In this document: one piece after another, positions 32,611 through 42,569 of the stretch
Layout: every line of letters starts with the position of its first letter
Numbering within the stretch: the first letter of the stretch is position 1
Assembly: GCA_050331735.1 (NCBI GenBank)
Contig: JBHJGN010000001.1
Location: forward strand, 73,661-137,660
DNA from: Cyanophyceae cyanobacterium
Lineage (GTDB): Bacteria; Cyanobacteriota; Cyanobacteriia; Cyanobacteriales; JBHJGN01
Direction: 5' to 3'
Length of the DNA stretch: 64,000 bases
Program-made: the position numbers and the translations under genes
Notes under the pieces: model-generated
The model's input: only the letters and a program-made list of their open reading frames with translations
What the model was told of the DNA's origin: nothing
Databases searched by the model: none

Positions 32611-33279
32611 ATGGCACAAGTTGCACTGGAAATGGTCAAACATAGCGGGGTCGATGTAGATAAGCTCGTGAAAAAGCTAGTTCGTGCTGCTGCGGCTGAG
32701 TTTACGACCTATTACTACTACACTATCCTGCGAGCCAACGCCATTGGTTTTCAAGGAGAAGGGCTCAAGGAAATCATCGAAGATGCCCGTTTAGAAGACC
32801 GCAATCATTTTGAAGCGTTGTTGCCGCGCATCTACGAACTAGGAGGGGAACTACCCCGCGATATCCGGGAGTTTGCCAACGATGCTGCCTGTCCCGACGC
32901 CTACCTCCCTGAAGGAATGCAGCGCCAGAACTGTGCGCCGCGCGTTGGCTTCACTGGCGGAGGAGTCGAAGAGGAAAAAGCGGTTTCAGAGGTCAAAGAA
33001 TCAGCACAGCAGGGCGATATGCGCCAGATGCTGCAAGTTTTAGTGGAGGCTGAACGCTGTGCAATTCGAGTTTATACAGATATTTGCAACATGACCTTCG
33101 GGAAAGATCACCGCACCTACGAGCTATCTTTAGCCATTCTTAACGAAGAGATTGAACACGAAGCTTGGTTCTCAGAGTTTCTAGGGGAGGGTCCGTCCGG
33201 TCATATCCGTCGTGGTTCACCAGGAGAATCTCCCTACACATCCCGCTTTCTCGTCGCACCCAATTCCCATGCTCAATAA
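32611..33279 (+). CDS. DPS-like (DPSL, bacterioferritin-related) ferritin-fold protein
   Basis: [55 protein letters not shown]. Confidence 0.85.
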   Translation: MAQVALEMVKHSGVDVDKLVKKLVRAAAAEFTTYYYYTILRANAIGFQGEGLKEIIEDARLEDRNHFEALLPRIYELGGELPRDIREFANDAACPDAYLPEGMQRQNCAPRVGFTGGGVEEEKAVSEVKESAQQGDMRQMLQVLVEAERCAIRVYTDICNMTFGKDHRTYELSLAILNEEIEHEAWFSEFLGEGPSGHIRRGSPGESPYTSRFLVAPNSHAQ

Positions 33280-33651
33280 CTAGGAGCTAGGATAGCGTCA
33301 CTTTGGAATTGGCAGTGCCTCTGACGTTTGCCCCTAATTCACTGCCAATTCTTGGTGACTATTATGGTTCAGCGTGTTCGAGTGGCCCGTGGTGAAGCAT
33401 CTTTTAGCAGAACACCCCCTATCAGATTTAATCAGCACTGTCTGCTCCTGCGATCTAGATGGAGAAATTTATGCTGTAGAGGCTCGCTGTCTCCACTGCA
33501 ACGGACCTTCAGAGCAAGGACAGCTACGGGGAAATATTATTGAATATCCTTAGTATTACTATCAATACGATGCCGTGTTGATCCCACCGACCTTTCTCAG
33601 TTAGCAAACGATTTGAAGAGGAGGTTTTCATAGAATTATCAGGAGATAACA

Positions 33652-34206
33652 ATGAATTCAGCAAATTTTTTCTCATTCGGCGGAAATCTTGACCAAGACT
33701 CGATAGACTCCGTTGAGCTTGTCAAGAGATATGCTCAAGGAGAACGGAATTTTCATGAAATTCGGCTTAACGGAGCTAACCTTTGGAAGATTAATCTTGG
33801 CGAAGCCGACTTAAGTGGGGCAGATTTAATCGGAGTCGATTTGAGACAAGCTAATTTAAGAGGAACCAATCTTAGTGGAGCTAATCTGACTGGAGCTAAT
33901 CTTCATCGTGCCAATTTGATGAATTCTCAGCTTATTTTGGCCACTCTACGGGGAGCCAACCTAGAGAGGGTTGAACTGATTCAAAGTAATCTTAATCAAG
34001 CGGATTTAAGGTGGGCAAATCTCAGCGAAGCGAATCTAAGTGCGGCAGATTTGCAGCAAGCAAACTTAGATGAGGCAAGGCTAGGCTCTGCTGTTTTAAG
34101 AGGGGCGAACTTGTACAGAGCGAAACTCGAAGTAAGTCAGTTAGAGGCAGCGAACGTCGATCTCACTTGGGCAACGATGCCGGATGGAACACTCTATCTC
34201 GCATAG
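33652..34206 (+). CDS. Pentapeptide repeat protein
   Basis: YAQGERNF followed by A(D/N)Lxx repeats. Confidence 0.93.
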   Translation: MNSANFFSFGGNLDQDSIDSVELVKRYAQGERNFHEIRLNGANLWKINLGEADLSGADLIGVDLRQANLRGTNLSGANLTGANLHRANLMNSQLILATLRGANLERVELIQSNLNQADLRWANLSEANLSAADLQQANLDEARLGSAVLRGANLYRAKLEVSQLEAANVDLTWATMPDGTLYLA

Positions 34207-34281
34207 CTTTTAAAAGATGAAGCAAAAAGGAAGATTTCGCTGCAATTGGCTTCCCTCGATTCAACAGTAGAGTCGCATAGC

Positions 34282-34923
34282 TCATTTTCTCCAATCAGGG
34301 CGCACAATCAAGAGCGTGAGTACTCCTGAAAAAACAATCATGCCAACATTAATTCCGAGCAGCACTAAGCCGCCAAATCCTTGTAGCGGAGAGCTAGACA
34401 TAAAAGCAATGCTGGCAGCGGCAACCGATGGTACGAGTGCTAAAGCGGCTACCACTCCGACTAAGGTATCAGTCTTCTGCTTAGCAAGGGCAATGGCTCC
34501 TGCTATGCCCGCAGCGAGAGCAGCGGCAACGCTATACCAACCAGGACGAACCCGTTCGGCCAGTAGCGGTTTATCGATTAAGTTTGTTTCAGGGGGAATG
34601 ACGTTGGTGGTGTTCAAGACCCAAGTTGTCAACACCGAAAACAGCATTGCGACTAAAAGACCTAATAACGACGTAGCCAAACCTTGCAGGGCTAAACGCG
34701 GCTGTCTAGCTACCAGAGCAAACGCAATTAAACCCAGAGGCGGGAGAGCGGGAGCAACGACCATAGAGCCAATCAGGATCGGAACCGAATTCGTTAGCAT
34801 AGCGATCGCCGCTAACACTCCAGACATTGCCATGAAGACTAGATAGGAAGAGGTTAGCTCGGCTTGTTCAGTGATTCTTTGCAGGGTGCGATCGCTAACC
34901 AAGGGGCGGCGCTGAGAGGGCAT
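34282..34923 (-). CDS. DUF389 membrane protein
   Basis: NSVPILIGSMVVAP, ALAAGIAGA, LVGVVAALALVP. Confidence 0.85.
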   Translation of the reverse strand: MPSQRRPLVSDRTLQRITEQAELTSSYLVFMAMSGVLAAIAMLTNSVPILIGSMVVAPALPPLGLIAFALVARQPRLALQGLATSLLGLLVAMLFSVLTTWVLNTTNVIPPETNLIDKPLLAERVRPGWYSVAAALAAGIAGAIALAKQKTDTLVGVVAALALVPSVAAASIAFMSSSPLQGFGGLVLLGINVGMIVFSGVLTLLIVRPDWRK

Positions 34924-35047
34924 CTTGAACAGTGAATCAGTGACCAGTGAGCGATAAACGCAAAGTTTATTTTGATTGAACTTTCAATTGTTAATTCTAT
35001 AAGCTAAGGCCTGAAGTACAATCAATGAACTTCTCACTATTACAGTT

Positions 35048-35647
35048 ATGTCCGGCTTCCAGCGTTTGATTGGCTTAACTGGCAGTATTGGCACAGGTAA
35101 AACGACGGTTTCTCGTTACCTAGCTGATGTATATCAACTACCGATCCTCGATGCCGATCTCTACGCTAGAGAAGCGGTCCAGCCAGGATCGCCCATTCTC
35201 GCCACTATATTTTGTCGATATGGGAGCTCGGTGCAAATGCCCGATCGGACTCTCAACCGCCAACGCTTAGGAGAAATCATTTTCAATGACGCAGAAGAGA
35301 AACGCTGGCTAGAGCAACAAATTCATCCCTTCGTGCGCGATCGCTTTTTATCTGAACTGCAACAGTTAGCGGAACCAACGATCGTTCTTGCGATTCCGCT
35401 GCTGTTTGAAGCCCAAATGACAGATTTAGTGACAGAAATTTGGGTCGTTTACTGCTCTTTCGAGGAGCAGGTTAAGCGGTTAAAGCAGCGCGATTGCCTC
35501 AATCGGCAACAGGCGATCGCCCGCATCCACAGTCAGCTCCCCATTGACACCAAGATGGCGGCGGCGGATGTTGTTTTAGACAATTCCTCCAGTTTAGAAT
35601 CTCTCTACAGACAGATAGACCAAAGCTTCAAGCCGGCAAAAAGTTAG
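35048..35647 (+). CDS. coaE: Dephospho-CoA kinase
   Basis: GLTGSIGTGKTT, DADLYAR, IHP, IPLLFE. Confidence 0.95.
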   Translation: MSGFQRLIGLTGSIGTGKTTVSRYLADVYQLPILDADLYAREAVQPGSPILATIFCRYGSSVQMPDRTLNRQRLGEIIFNDAEEKRWLEQQIHPFVRDRFLSELQQLAEPTIVLAIPLLFEAQMTDLVTEIWVVYCSFEEQVKRLKQRDCLNRQQAIARIHSQLPIDTKMAAADVVLDNSSSLESLYRQIDQSFKPAKS

Positions 35648-35754
35648 GCTTTTGCTATTCAACACACCACATCAAGCACTTAAAAATTAAGTAAGGCAGG
35701 AGGCAGACGGCAGAAGGGTTTGCAAAGGAAGGAAACAGGGGTTTGAGATGCGGA

Positions 35755-35934
35755 TTGGGTGTTAGTTCGAGTCCTGAGAGTAATGGACCGCTGAGCGATG
35801 CTGTTCCTCGCTTTGTTCGTGTCGGTGCATCAGGATATAGGAATCGCTTGTCCATCAATCAGTTCGCAGGCAACATTGTCATCTGGCAGGGCTAAAAATT
35901 CTTCAAGAGTAAGGTTCGTTTTGGTTTGAGGCAT
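35755..35934 (-). pseudogene. Internally deleted Uma2 remnant
   Basis: Uma2 N-terminus MPQTKTNLTLEEFLALPDDNVACELIDGQAIP then stop; Uma2-like C-terminus YPDAPTRT...PLLSGLELT in another frame. Confidence 0.7.
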
Positions 35935-36096
35935 TGTAGCAGGCACTTTCTGGGGAAAGGGTAAGGGGGAAAGGGGAAAGGAATAATTATTTCTTAATTT
36001 ATCTGAGTTTGTTAGATTAATTGTATGCTCAAGGTTTTCAAGAGATTGGACAAAACCTAGCACCCCAAAGGCGATCGCAACTCAACGTTTAGTAAT

Positions 36097-37845
36097 ATGA
36101 CAATTCTTGAACAGCTTCAAAACCGCTTGAGTAAAGCGTTGGTGGCGGCATTTGGGGGAGAATTAGCCGACCAAGATCCGATGGTAGTTCCGGCGAGTAA
36201 CCCCAAGTTTGGCGATTATCAGTCGAATGTAGCCCTGCCGTTAGCGAAAGAGCTGAAACAGAAACCAAGAGCGATCGCCTCTGCTATTGTCGAGCAACTC
36301 AACGTTGCCGATCTCTGCGAACCACCAGAAATAGCCGGCCCAGGATTTATCAATTTAACGATCAAGCCAAGCTATTTAGAGGCGCAGTTGGGAGAGATCC
36401 AAAGCGATCCGCGCTTAGGAGTCGCCCCTACCCCCAGTCCGCAACGAGTTATTGTCGATTATCCCAGTCCAAACATTGCCAAGGAGATGCACGTTGGTCA
36501 TTTACGTCCAGCCGTGATTGGAGACTGTATCGCTCGTATTTTAGAATTTTTGGGTCATGATGTGTTGCGGCTCAGTCATGTTGGCGACTGGGGAACGCCC
36601 TTTGGCATGTTGATTGCCTACCTGCGCGAGGCATACCCGGAAGCGTTGACGACAGAAGGGTTAGACTTAGGAGATTTATCTACGTTCTATCGTCAGGCCA
36701 AGCGGCGCTTTGATGAAGATGCAGAATTTCGAGAAGCGGCTCGCCTTGCCGTGGTGCAGCTTCAGGCAGGAGATGGGTCAACGCTTCGCGCCTGGAAAAT
36801 TGTTTGCGAGTTATCAAGTCGCTCGTACCAGGAGATTTATAATCTACTCGGCATCTCTCCTTTTGTAGAACGCGGCGAATCTTTTTACAACCCCTTCCTT
36901 CCAGAAATTGTAGAGGAGCTAGAGCGCCTTGGCTTGCTCGTTGAGGATGAAGGCGCAAAATGTGTCTTTTTAGAAGGCTTTACCAACAAAGAAGGCAAGC
37001 CGCTGCCGCTAATTGTCCAGAAATCGAATGGAGGTTATAACTATGCCACGACTGATCTAGCTGCTATTCGCTATCGAGTGCAGAAAGATCAGGCGCAGTG
37101 GGTGATTTACCCGGTCGGAGCGGAACAGAGCAACCATTTTGCCCAAATATTCCAAGTCGGACGACGAGCAGGCTGGATCGGTGACGAGCATTGGTTCGTG
37201 CATGCGCCCTTTGGACTGGTGCTAGGGGAAGACAGCAAAAAGCTCAAAACCCGCTCTGGAGAAGCCGTCCGGTTGCAGGATTTATTAGAGGAGGCGATCG
37301 CCCGCGCTCGTGCTGATTTAGAAGCTCGTTTAGCCCAAGAAGGACGCACCGAGAGCGAAGAGTTTATCGAGCACGAGGCGAAAGTGGTGGGGATCAGTGC
37401 AGTTAAGTATGCCGACCTGAGCCAAAATCGCACCAGTAACTATATCTTCAATTACGATAAAATGCTCTCTCTTCAGGGCAACACCGCACCGTACCTTCTT
37501 TATGCCTACGTGCGGGTGCAGGGCATCAGTCGCAAAGGCAATATCGATTTTAAGCAGTTAGGTGCGATTAACGTTGTTCTCGAAGAAACCGAATTGACGC
37601 TTTCTAAGCATATTCTGCAACTAAGTGAAGTGCTCAACGCTGTCGAACAAGATCTCCTCCCCAATCGGTTGTGCGAATATTTGTTCCAACTGAGCCAAAA
37701 GTTTAATCAATTCTACGACCGCTGTCCGGTGCTTCAGGCCGAAGAACCGCAGAGGTCTTCTCGCTTAGTGCTGTGCGATCTGACGGCTCGTACCCTGAAG
37801 TTAGGTCTCTCTCTGCTAGGAATTCCGGTGCTGGAGCGAATGTAG
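36097..37845 (+). CDS. argS: Arginine--tRNA ligase
   Basis: [42 protein letters not shown]. Confidence 0.97.
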   Translation: MTILEQLQNRLSKALVAAFGGELADQDPMVVPASNPKFGDYQSNVALPLAKELKQKPRAIASAIVEQLNVADLCEPPEIAGPGFINLTIKPSYLEAQLGEIQSDPRLGVAPTPSPQRVIVDYPSPNIAKEMHVGHLRPAVIGDCIARILEFLGHDVLRLSHVGDWGTPFGMLIAYLREAYPEALTTEGLDLGDLSTFYRQAKRRFDEDAEFREAARLAVVQLQAGDGSTLRAWKIVCELSSRSYQEIYNLLGISPFVERGESFYNPFLPEIVEELERLGLLVEDEGAKCVFLEGFTNKEGKPLPLIVQKSNGGYNYATTDLAAIRYRVQKDQAQWVIYPVGAEQSNHFAQIFQVGRRAGWIGDEHWFVHAPFGLVLGEDSKKLKTRSGEAVRLQDLLEEAIARARADLEARLAQEGRTESEEFIEHEAKVVGISAVKYADLSQNRTSNYIFNYDKMLSLQGNTAPYLLYAYVRVQGISRKGNIDFKQLGAINVVLEETELTLSKHILQLSEVLNAVEQDLLPNRLCEYLFQLSQKFNQFYDRCPVLQAEEPQRSSRLVLCDLTARTLKLGLSLLGIPVLERM

Positions 37846-37949
37846 CAGTTAAGTCGTCGGCAAGGACGCGAGGCGATCGCATTGGCTGTTGGTAAAGAGA
37901 GCGAGGCGTGTCTATCCAAAAAAAACGCCACTTGACCCCAAGCCTACTG

Positions 37950-38495
37950 CTATTCAAACACAGGCGGCCACAGCTCAGATACCTGCACTTCCCATCCCGG
38001 CAACAGATTGGGAAGGCTCAAAACATCTCCATCCTTTAGAGCGAGCGGTTCTTGCCCCGCTCGCCGAATTTCTAACCACCGCTGCTCTGGATGAATCAAA
38101 ATGCCCACCTGAGTTCCCTGCTCCAGGAACTGATCAATTTTTGCTCGCAGCCCTGTCAGGCTATCGGTGGGCGATTTTACCTCGACCATTAAATCCGGGG
38201 CTAACTCCGCAAAGCTGCGCGGACTGCGCCGTAGCCGTTCTGCTTGCACAAACGATACATCCGGGGCGCGGGTATCTGAATTAGGCAAGTTAAATCCGGC
38301 CCCGGCCCCCGTCACTCGTCCAAGCTGGCGCGGTCTAGTCCAATTTGCAAGTTGCCGCCCAAACTCAAACGCCACCTCATCAGACTCATAGCCAGATGGA
38401 CTCATCAGCACAATTTTCCCATCAATCAGTTCAACTCGATAGCGATCGTCAAGCTGACGCTGCACCTTCTCCAAATCTTTGGCTGTTAACCCCAT
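37950..38495 (-). CDS. Uma2 family protein
   Basis: ELIDGKIVLMSP, RAPDVSF, PDLMVEVKSP. Confidence 0.92.
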   Translation of the reverse strand: MGLTAKDLEKVQRQLDDRYRVELIDGKIVLMSPSGYESDEVAFEFGRQLANWTRPRQLGRVTGAGAGFNLPNSDTRAPDVSFVQAERLRRSPRSFAELAPDLMVEVKSPTDSLTGLRAKIDQFLEQGTQVGILIHPEQRWLEIRRAGQEPLALKDGDVLSLPNLLPGWEVQVSELWPPVFE

Positions 38496-38631
38496 TGCTA
38501 CCTCTTGTAGACGCGCGAGCTACTTGCGATCTATTCTATGTAACTTTTGAAGTGCTGAGCGATCGCTGACTGGGGCGACTCTCGCCTGAGTGAGGCTAAT
38601 CTCACCGGGAAAGCTAGGATCGTGATGTAGC

Positions 38632-39318
38632 ATGCAGGAAACTAAGATGGTTGCTAATCAATCTAGGACTCCCGTTATCCCACCGCTGGAGAATGGCGAT
38701 CGCCTCACTCGTCCTGAATTTGAACGGCGTTATGCGGCAATGACCCACCTTAAAAAGGCAGAATTAATTGAAGGAGTTGTCTACGTGCCAGCAGCATTAA
38801 GGTTTGGCAACCATGCAGAACCTCATGGTCAGCTCATTACCTGGTTAGGAGTTTACCAAGCCTTTACTCCTAGAGTCAGAGTTGGCGATAATCCTACTGT
38901 TCGTCTGGATTTAGATAACGATCCTCAGCCCGATGCCGTACTGCTCATCGATGGCGGACAAGCTAGCATTAGTGAGGACGATTACATTGAAGGTGCGCCC
39001 GAATTAGTCGTGGAGGTTGCTGCCAGTAGTGCTGCCTACGATCTGCATGACAAAAAACGAGCCTATAGACGCAATGGGGTGCAGGAATATCTTGTCTGGC
39101 GAGTCTACGAACAGGAACTAGATTGGTTTCGCCTGGAAGCAGGAGAGTTTGTGAGACTACAGCCAGATGCCCAAGGAGTTGTTCGTTCTAGAGTCTTTCC
39201 GGGTTTATGGTTAGCCACAGCCTCATTATTATCCGGAGAAATGGACCAGGTATTAGCAATGTTGCAGCAGGGACTAAATACGCCAGAACATCAAGATTTT
39301 GGGCAACGTTCTGATTAA
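38632..39318 (+). CDS. Uma2 family protein
   Basis: LENGDRLTRPEFERRY, PQPDA, APELVVEVAASS, GVQEYLVW. Confidence 0.93.
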   Translation: MQETKMVANQSRTPVIPPLENGDRLTRPEFERRYAAMTHLKKAELIEGVVYVPAALRFGNHAEPHGQLITWLGVYQAFTPRVRVGDNPTVRLDLDNDPQPDAVLLIDGGQASISEDDYIEGAPELVVEVAASSAAYDLHDKKRAYRRNGVQEYLVWRVYEQELDWFRLEAGEFVRLQPDAQGVVRSRVFPGLWLATASLLSGEMDQVLAMLQQGLNTPEHQDFGQRSD

Positions 39319-39439
39319 ACCGGATCGCAACTGCGAAAAAGTAGCATGCGGTATAAGTTAAAGTGATCGCTTTATTGTATTAAGTAAAGAGACAACTGCT
39401 CCCATTTCTCAACGGACATGCTGCACAAATAGAGAGAAC

Positions 39440-39515
39440 TGTAACCTTTACCCCTTCCCCTTTCCCCTTTACCCCTGACACCGCATCTGTAGCTCTACTT
39501 TCCAGAAATGGAATG
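39440..39515. repeat. Heptamer array plus 39-bp repeat shared with 32261-32299
   Basis: CCCCTTT-type units followed by GACACCGCATCTGTAGCTCTACTTTCCAGAAATGGAATG. Confidence 0.6.
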
Positions 39516-39516
39516 T

Positions 39517-40077
39517 CTATACCTGTAGCTCAAATCCAGGTAATACCTCTTCTCCAGAAACAATAGCTGGCAGTTGTCTCACTGCTACCGTTTCTGGTCG
39601 GTAGATTTCTACTGTGGCATCTTGCAGATTGATCAGCCAGCCTAAACGCAGTCCGTTAGTAATATATTCCTGCATTTTCTCTTGCAGGGAAACCAGGCGA
39701 TCGCTTTGTGACCGCAATTCAATGACAAAATCGGGAACCAGGGGAGGAAATTTTTTCCGCTGTTCTAGGGTTAAAGCTTCCCATCGATTCAATTTGACCC
39801 AAGCCGCGTCAGGCGATCGCTTAGCACCATTAGGTAAGATAAAAATCGTGGAAGAGCTAAACACTTTTCCTAATTTAGCTTGACGATTCCAAATACTTAA
39901 ATCTGTAATCAGATCTGCTTCTTGACTACCGCTTTCTCCTCCGACTGGTGGCACGATAATTAATTCTCCTGCTGCACTCATCTCCAGGCTGAGATCGCGA
40001 TTAGCCATACATAACTGATAAAATTGCTCGTCGGTTAAATGAGCAATTGGTTCTAGATTGAGCACAACCGTATTCAT
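39517..40077 (-). CDS. Uma2 family protein
   Basis: LTDEQFYQLC, RSPDAAW, PDFVIELRS, KMQEY. Confidence 0.93.
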   Translation of the reverse strand: MNTVVLNLEPIAHLTDEQFYQLCMANRDLSLEMSAAGELIIVPPVGGESGSQEADLITDLSIWNRQAKLGKVFSSSTIFILPNGAKRSPDAAWVKLNRWEALTLEQRKKFPPLVPDFVIELRSQSDRLVSLQEKMQEYITNGLRLGWLINLQDATVEIYRPETVAVRQLPAIVSGEEVLPGFELQV

Positions 40078-40155
40078 AAAAATTGCCCTCGTGCTTTGCT
40101 CATAATTATAAAATTGAGGCAAGACCCGTGAAACTCCTTCAAACAGGAATGACTC

Positions 40156-40764
40156 ATGGTACAGACCCCATTCAAACCCATCACGCTAGAAGAGTTTCTC
40201 CAACTGCCAGAAACTGAGCCTGCTAGCGAATATATTGCTGGGCAAATCATCCAAAAGCCGATGCCCCAGGGAAAGCACAGCACTATTCAAACTGAGTTTT
40301 CTACGACCGTAAATGTCAGTCTTAAACCTCGACAGGTTGCAAGAGCGTTTTCAGAGCTACGCTGTACGTTTGGTGAACGCTCAATCGTTCCAGATGTATC
40401 TGTGTTTACCTGGCAGAGAATTCCACGGGACAAAAATGGGGAGGTTTCTAATACCTTTCTCTTGTCTCCTGACTGGACAATTGAAATCCTGTCGCCCGAC
40501 GGGCGACACAAGCCCCCGAATCGAATTCGGGGGTCGCGCCCTTATCAGAGCCAAACAAAAGTAACCAAGAACACTTTGCACTGTCTTAATCATGGTACTC
40601 AAATGGGTTGGCTAATCGATCCTCATGAGCAAACGGTTTTTGTTTATCGTCCCAAACAGCAGACGGAAGTATTTGATGAACCAAAACAGCTACTTCCATT
40701 TCCCTCCTTTGCTCAGGAGCTAAATTTGAGTGTAGGGGGTGTGTTTGGTTGGTTATTTGAGTAG
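40156..40764 (+). CDS. Uma2 family protein carrying a 15-aa in-frame insertion
   Basis: LEEFLQLPETEPASEY, IVPDVSV, PDWTIEILSPD[GRHKPPNRIRGSRPY]QSQTKV. Confidence 0.9.
   Translation: MVQTPFKPITLEEFLQLPETEPASEYIAGQIIQKPMPQGKHSTIQTEFSTTVNVSLKPRQVARAFSELRCTFGERSIVPDVSVFTWQRIPRDKNGEVSNTFLLSPDWTIEILSPDGRHKPPNRIRGSRPYQSQTKVTKNTLHCLNHGTQMGWLIDPHEQTVFVYRPKQQTEVFDEPKQLLPFPSFAQELNLSVGGVFGWLFE
40491..40545. repeat. Palindromic REP/IS605-end-like insertion inside Uma2
   Basis: GTCGCCC-GAC-GGGCGAC and CCCCCGAA-TCGAA-TTCGGGGG hairpins. Confidence 0.7.
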
Positions 40765-40853
40765 TGCCGTTTAGACAGTTGTACATTATCGCTCTTGCAA
40801 TGCAGCGCCAGCCTACAAGCTAAAATTATTGACAAGCGTACCTTGAGAATAAA

Positions 40854-41432
40854 ATGACTACAACCAGTCGGCAGTTCACCTTAGCGGAATATCTAACCTA
40901 TAGTGACAGCACAGAGGGACATTACGAGTTGGTTAATGGAGAACTCATAGAAATGCCGCCTGAGTGGGACTTTAACAACCAAATTGCCTCCTATCTATTT
41001 GCAGAATTGTTGAAGGTTGTTTCAAGTCGTCTCATTCGCTGCAAGGGAATCGAAATCGTTGTGGGGGGAGTGCGAGCAACGACGAGAGTGCCAGACTTAA
41101 TGGTATTGAGTGAAGAATTACGACTAGCATTACGACAATCACGGCGGGGAACAATTACGTTGGATATGTTGCCCCCGGTACTAGTGGTGGAGGTAGTCTT
41201 GCCGGGAAAAGAAAATGAAGATCGGGACTATCGCTACAAGCGTTCAGAATATGCAGCACGAGGAATTGCTGAATATTGGATTGTCGATCCAGAACGCGGT
41301 CAGGTAGTAGTGTTGACGCTGGTGGATGGGTTGTATGAGGAGGCCATTTATCAAGGAAATGAACACTTGGTTTCCAAGTCTTTTCCAACTTTAAAGCTAA
41401 CCTCAGAGCAAGTTCTTCGAGGAGGAGAATGA
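40854..41432 (+). CDS. Uma2 family protein
   Basis: YELVNGELIEMPP, RVPDLMV, DYRYKRSEYAARGIAEYWIVDP. Confidence 0.93.
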   Translation: MTTTSRQFTLAEYLTYSDSTEGHYELVNGELIEMPPEWDFNNQIASYLFAELLKVVSSRLIRCKGIEIVVGGVRATTRVPDLMVLSEELRLALRQSRRGTITLDMLPPVLVVEVVLPGKENEDRDYRYKRSEYAARGIAEYWIVDPERGQVVVLTLVDGLYEEAIYQGNEHLVSKSFPTLKLTSEQVLRGGE

Positions 41433-41454
41433 CCGATGAAAAAGGGCAAGAGGG

Positions 41455-41595
41455 CTGAAGAGTCCTCGCGCCACTACACAGAACTACACAGTACTCGAAA
41501 ACCGAAATCGTTGTAGCGGTTGTTCGGACTGCCGCTGTAGCGAAACGCGGAACGGCAGTATTTTGGAGCTTCGTACCACGCACCACCGCGCAACG
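41455..41595 (-). repeat. DGR variable region B with IMH-like tail
   Basis: Aligns codon for codon with VR A and VR C; tail GGCGCGAGGACTCTTCAGCCCT. Confidence 0.75.
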
Positions 41596-42346
41596 GACTA
41601 TTAGCGCTTTCATCATCAGATGACCAAGGTTTATTGCCGTTCTTCTTTAGTTCCTCTGGTTTTTCTTCATAGCTATCATGCCAGTGATCTAAACACCACT
41701 CCCAAACATTCCCGTGCATGTCGTATAGACCAAATCTATTCGCTACTTTGAAATAGCCCGCTTCGGTTGTTTCTTCTCTATCGATTCCTCGCGGTCCTCG
41801 ACCGTAGTTTCCTAAATAAGTCTCGCTGTCTGTTTTAAGGTCTGTACCTCTGTAGTTTGCTAGATCGGTTGTAATTGTTTCTCCAAAGTGAAATGGCGTT
41901 GTCGTTCCCGCACGGCAGGCATATTCCCATTCGGCTTCGGTCGGCAATCGATATTCTCTTTCTGTGTGGCGAGAGAGGCGATCGCAAAACTCGACCGCTT
42001 GATACCAACTAACCTGTTCTACAGGGCGGTTGTCTCCCTTAAATTCTGACGGATCTGGCTCCAGCTTTCGCTTAACTTGAGGGAAAGAAGCTACAGTTCG
42101 CCACTGGGCCTGAGTAACAGGATGCATTCCTAAACAAAAATCGCTCAGGCTAACTTCATGCTGTGGCTCTTCAGAAGATTCATGTCCAATTTCGGTTGCA
42201 GGAGAACTCATCTGAAAGCTTCCTCCAGGGATCTCGACCATTTTCAGCAGAATCCCGTTGCCTAAATCTTCAGCGTAGTAACGTCCAGAGCGATTCTGAT
42301 AGCGAAGGTTGACGCGATATTTTACTTCACCTTGGGAGACAGTCAT
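41474..42346 (-). CDS. Stand-alone FGE-sulfatase/C-type lectin-fold protein, putative DGR target (copy B)
   Basis: [43 protein letters not shown]...GFRV. Confidence 0.9.
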   Translation of the reverse strand: MTVSQGEVKYRVNLRYQNRSGRYYAEDLGNGILLKMVEIPGGSFQMSSPATEIGHESSEEPQHEVSLSDFCLGMHPVTQAQWRTVASFPQVKRKLEPDPSEFKGDNRPVEQVSWYQAVEFCDRLSRHTEREYRLPTEAEWEYACRAGTTTPFHFGETITTDLANYRGTDLKTDSETYLGNYGRGPRGIDREETTEAGYFKVANRFGLYDMHGNVWEWCLDHWHDSYEEKPEELKKNGNKPWSSDDESANSPLRGGAWYEAPKYCRSAFRYSGSPNNRYNDFGFRVLCSSV

Positions 42347-42476
42347 AGTTAGCTTTCTGACCTCTGATTATTCGTTCTCCGAGGATGAATTTGTGGTCTC
42401 TGGGGAGACGGTTGAGGATGGGAACGTACCACTGAATGAGATCGTAGGTTTTCTGAATAATGGGTAGCTCTTCCAT
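42327..42476 (-). pseudogene. avd: Truncated DGR accessory variability determinant
   Basis: [39 protein letters not shown] matches the cyanobacterial Avd N-terminus; stops after 49 aa. Confidence 0.85.
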
Positions 42477-42493
42477 GCAGAATTTGAAAAATA

Positions 42494-42520
42494 AGCGATC
42501 GTGCTGCACACGAGATCGTT
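42494..42520 (-). other. Candidate DGR target-recognition DNA hairpin
   Basis: Minus strand AACGATCT-CGTGT-GCA-GCACG-ATCGCT, ~50 nt after the VR A stop. Confidence 0.5.
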
Positions 42521-42569
42521 AAGGAAAAATGGTAAAGGGTAGAGGGCAAAAGGTCAAGAGAGCAAAGGG

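Noticed and set aside
41155..41616. 153-aa minus-strand ORF containing CSGARTL
   Set aside because: Alternative frame created by the 10-nt duplication in VR B, antisense to a Uma2 gene
41474..42346. Formylglycine-generating enzyme function for the FGE-domain genes
   Set aside because: No adjacent sulfatase, and the region that carries the catalytic cysteines in true FGE is the hypervariable segment here; binding modules are more likely
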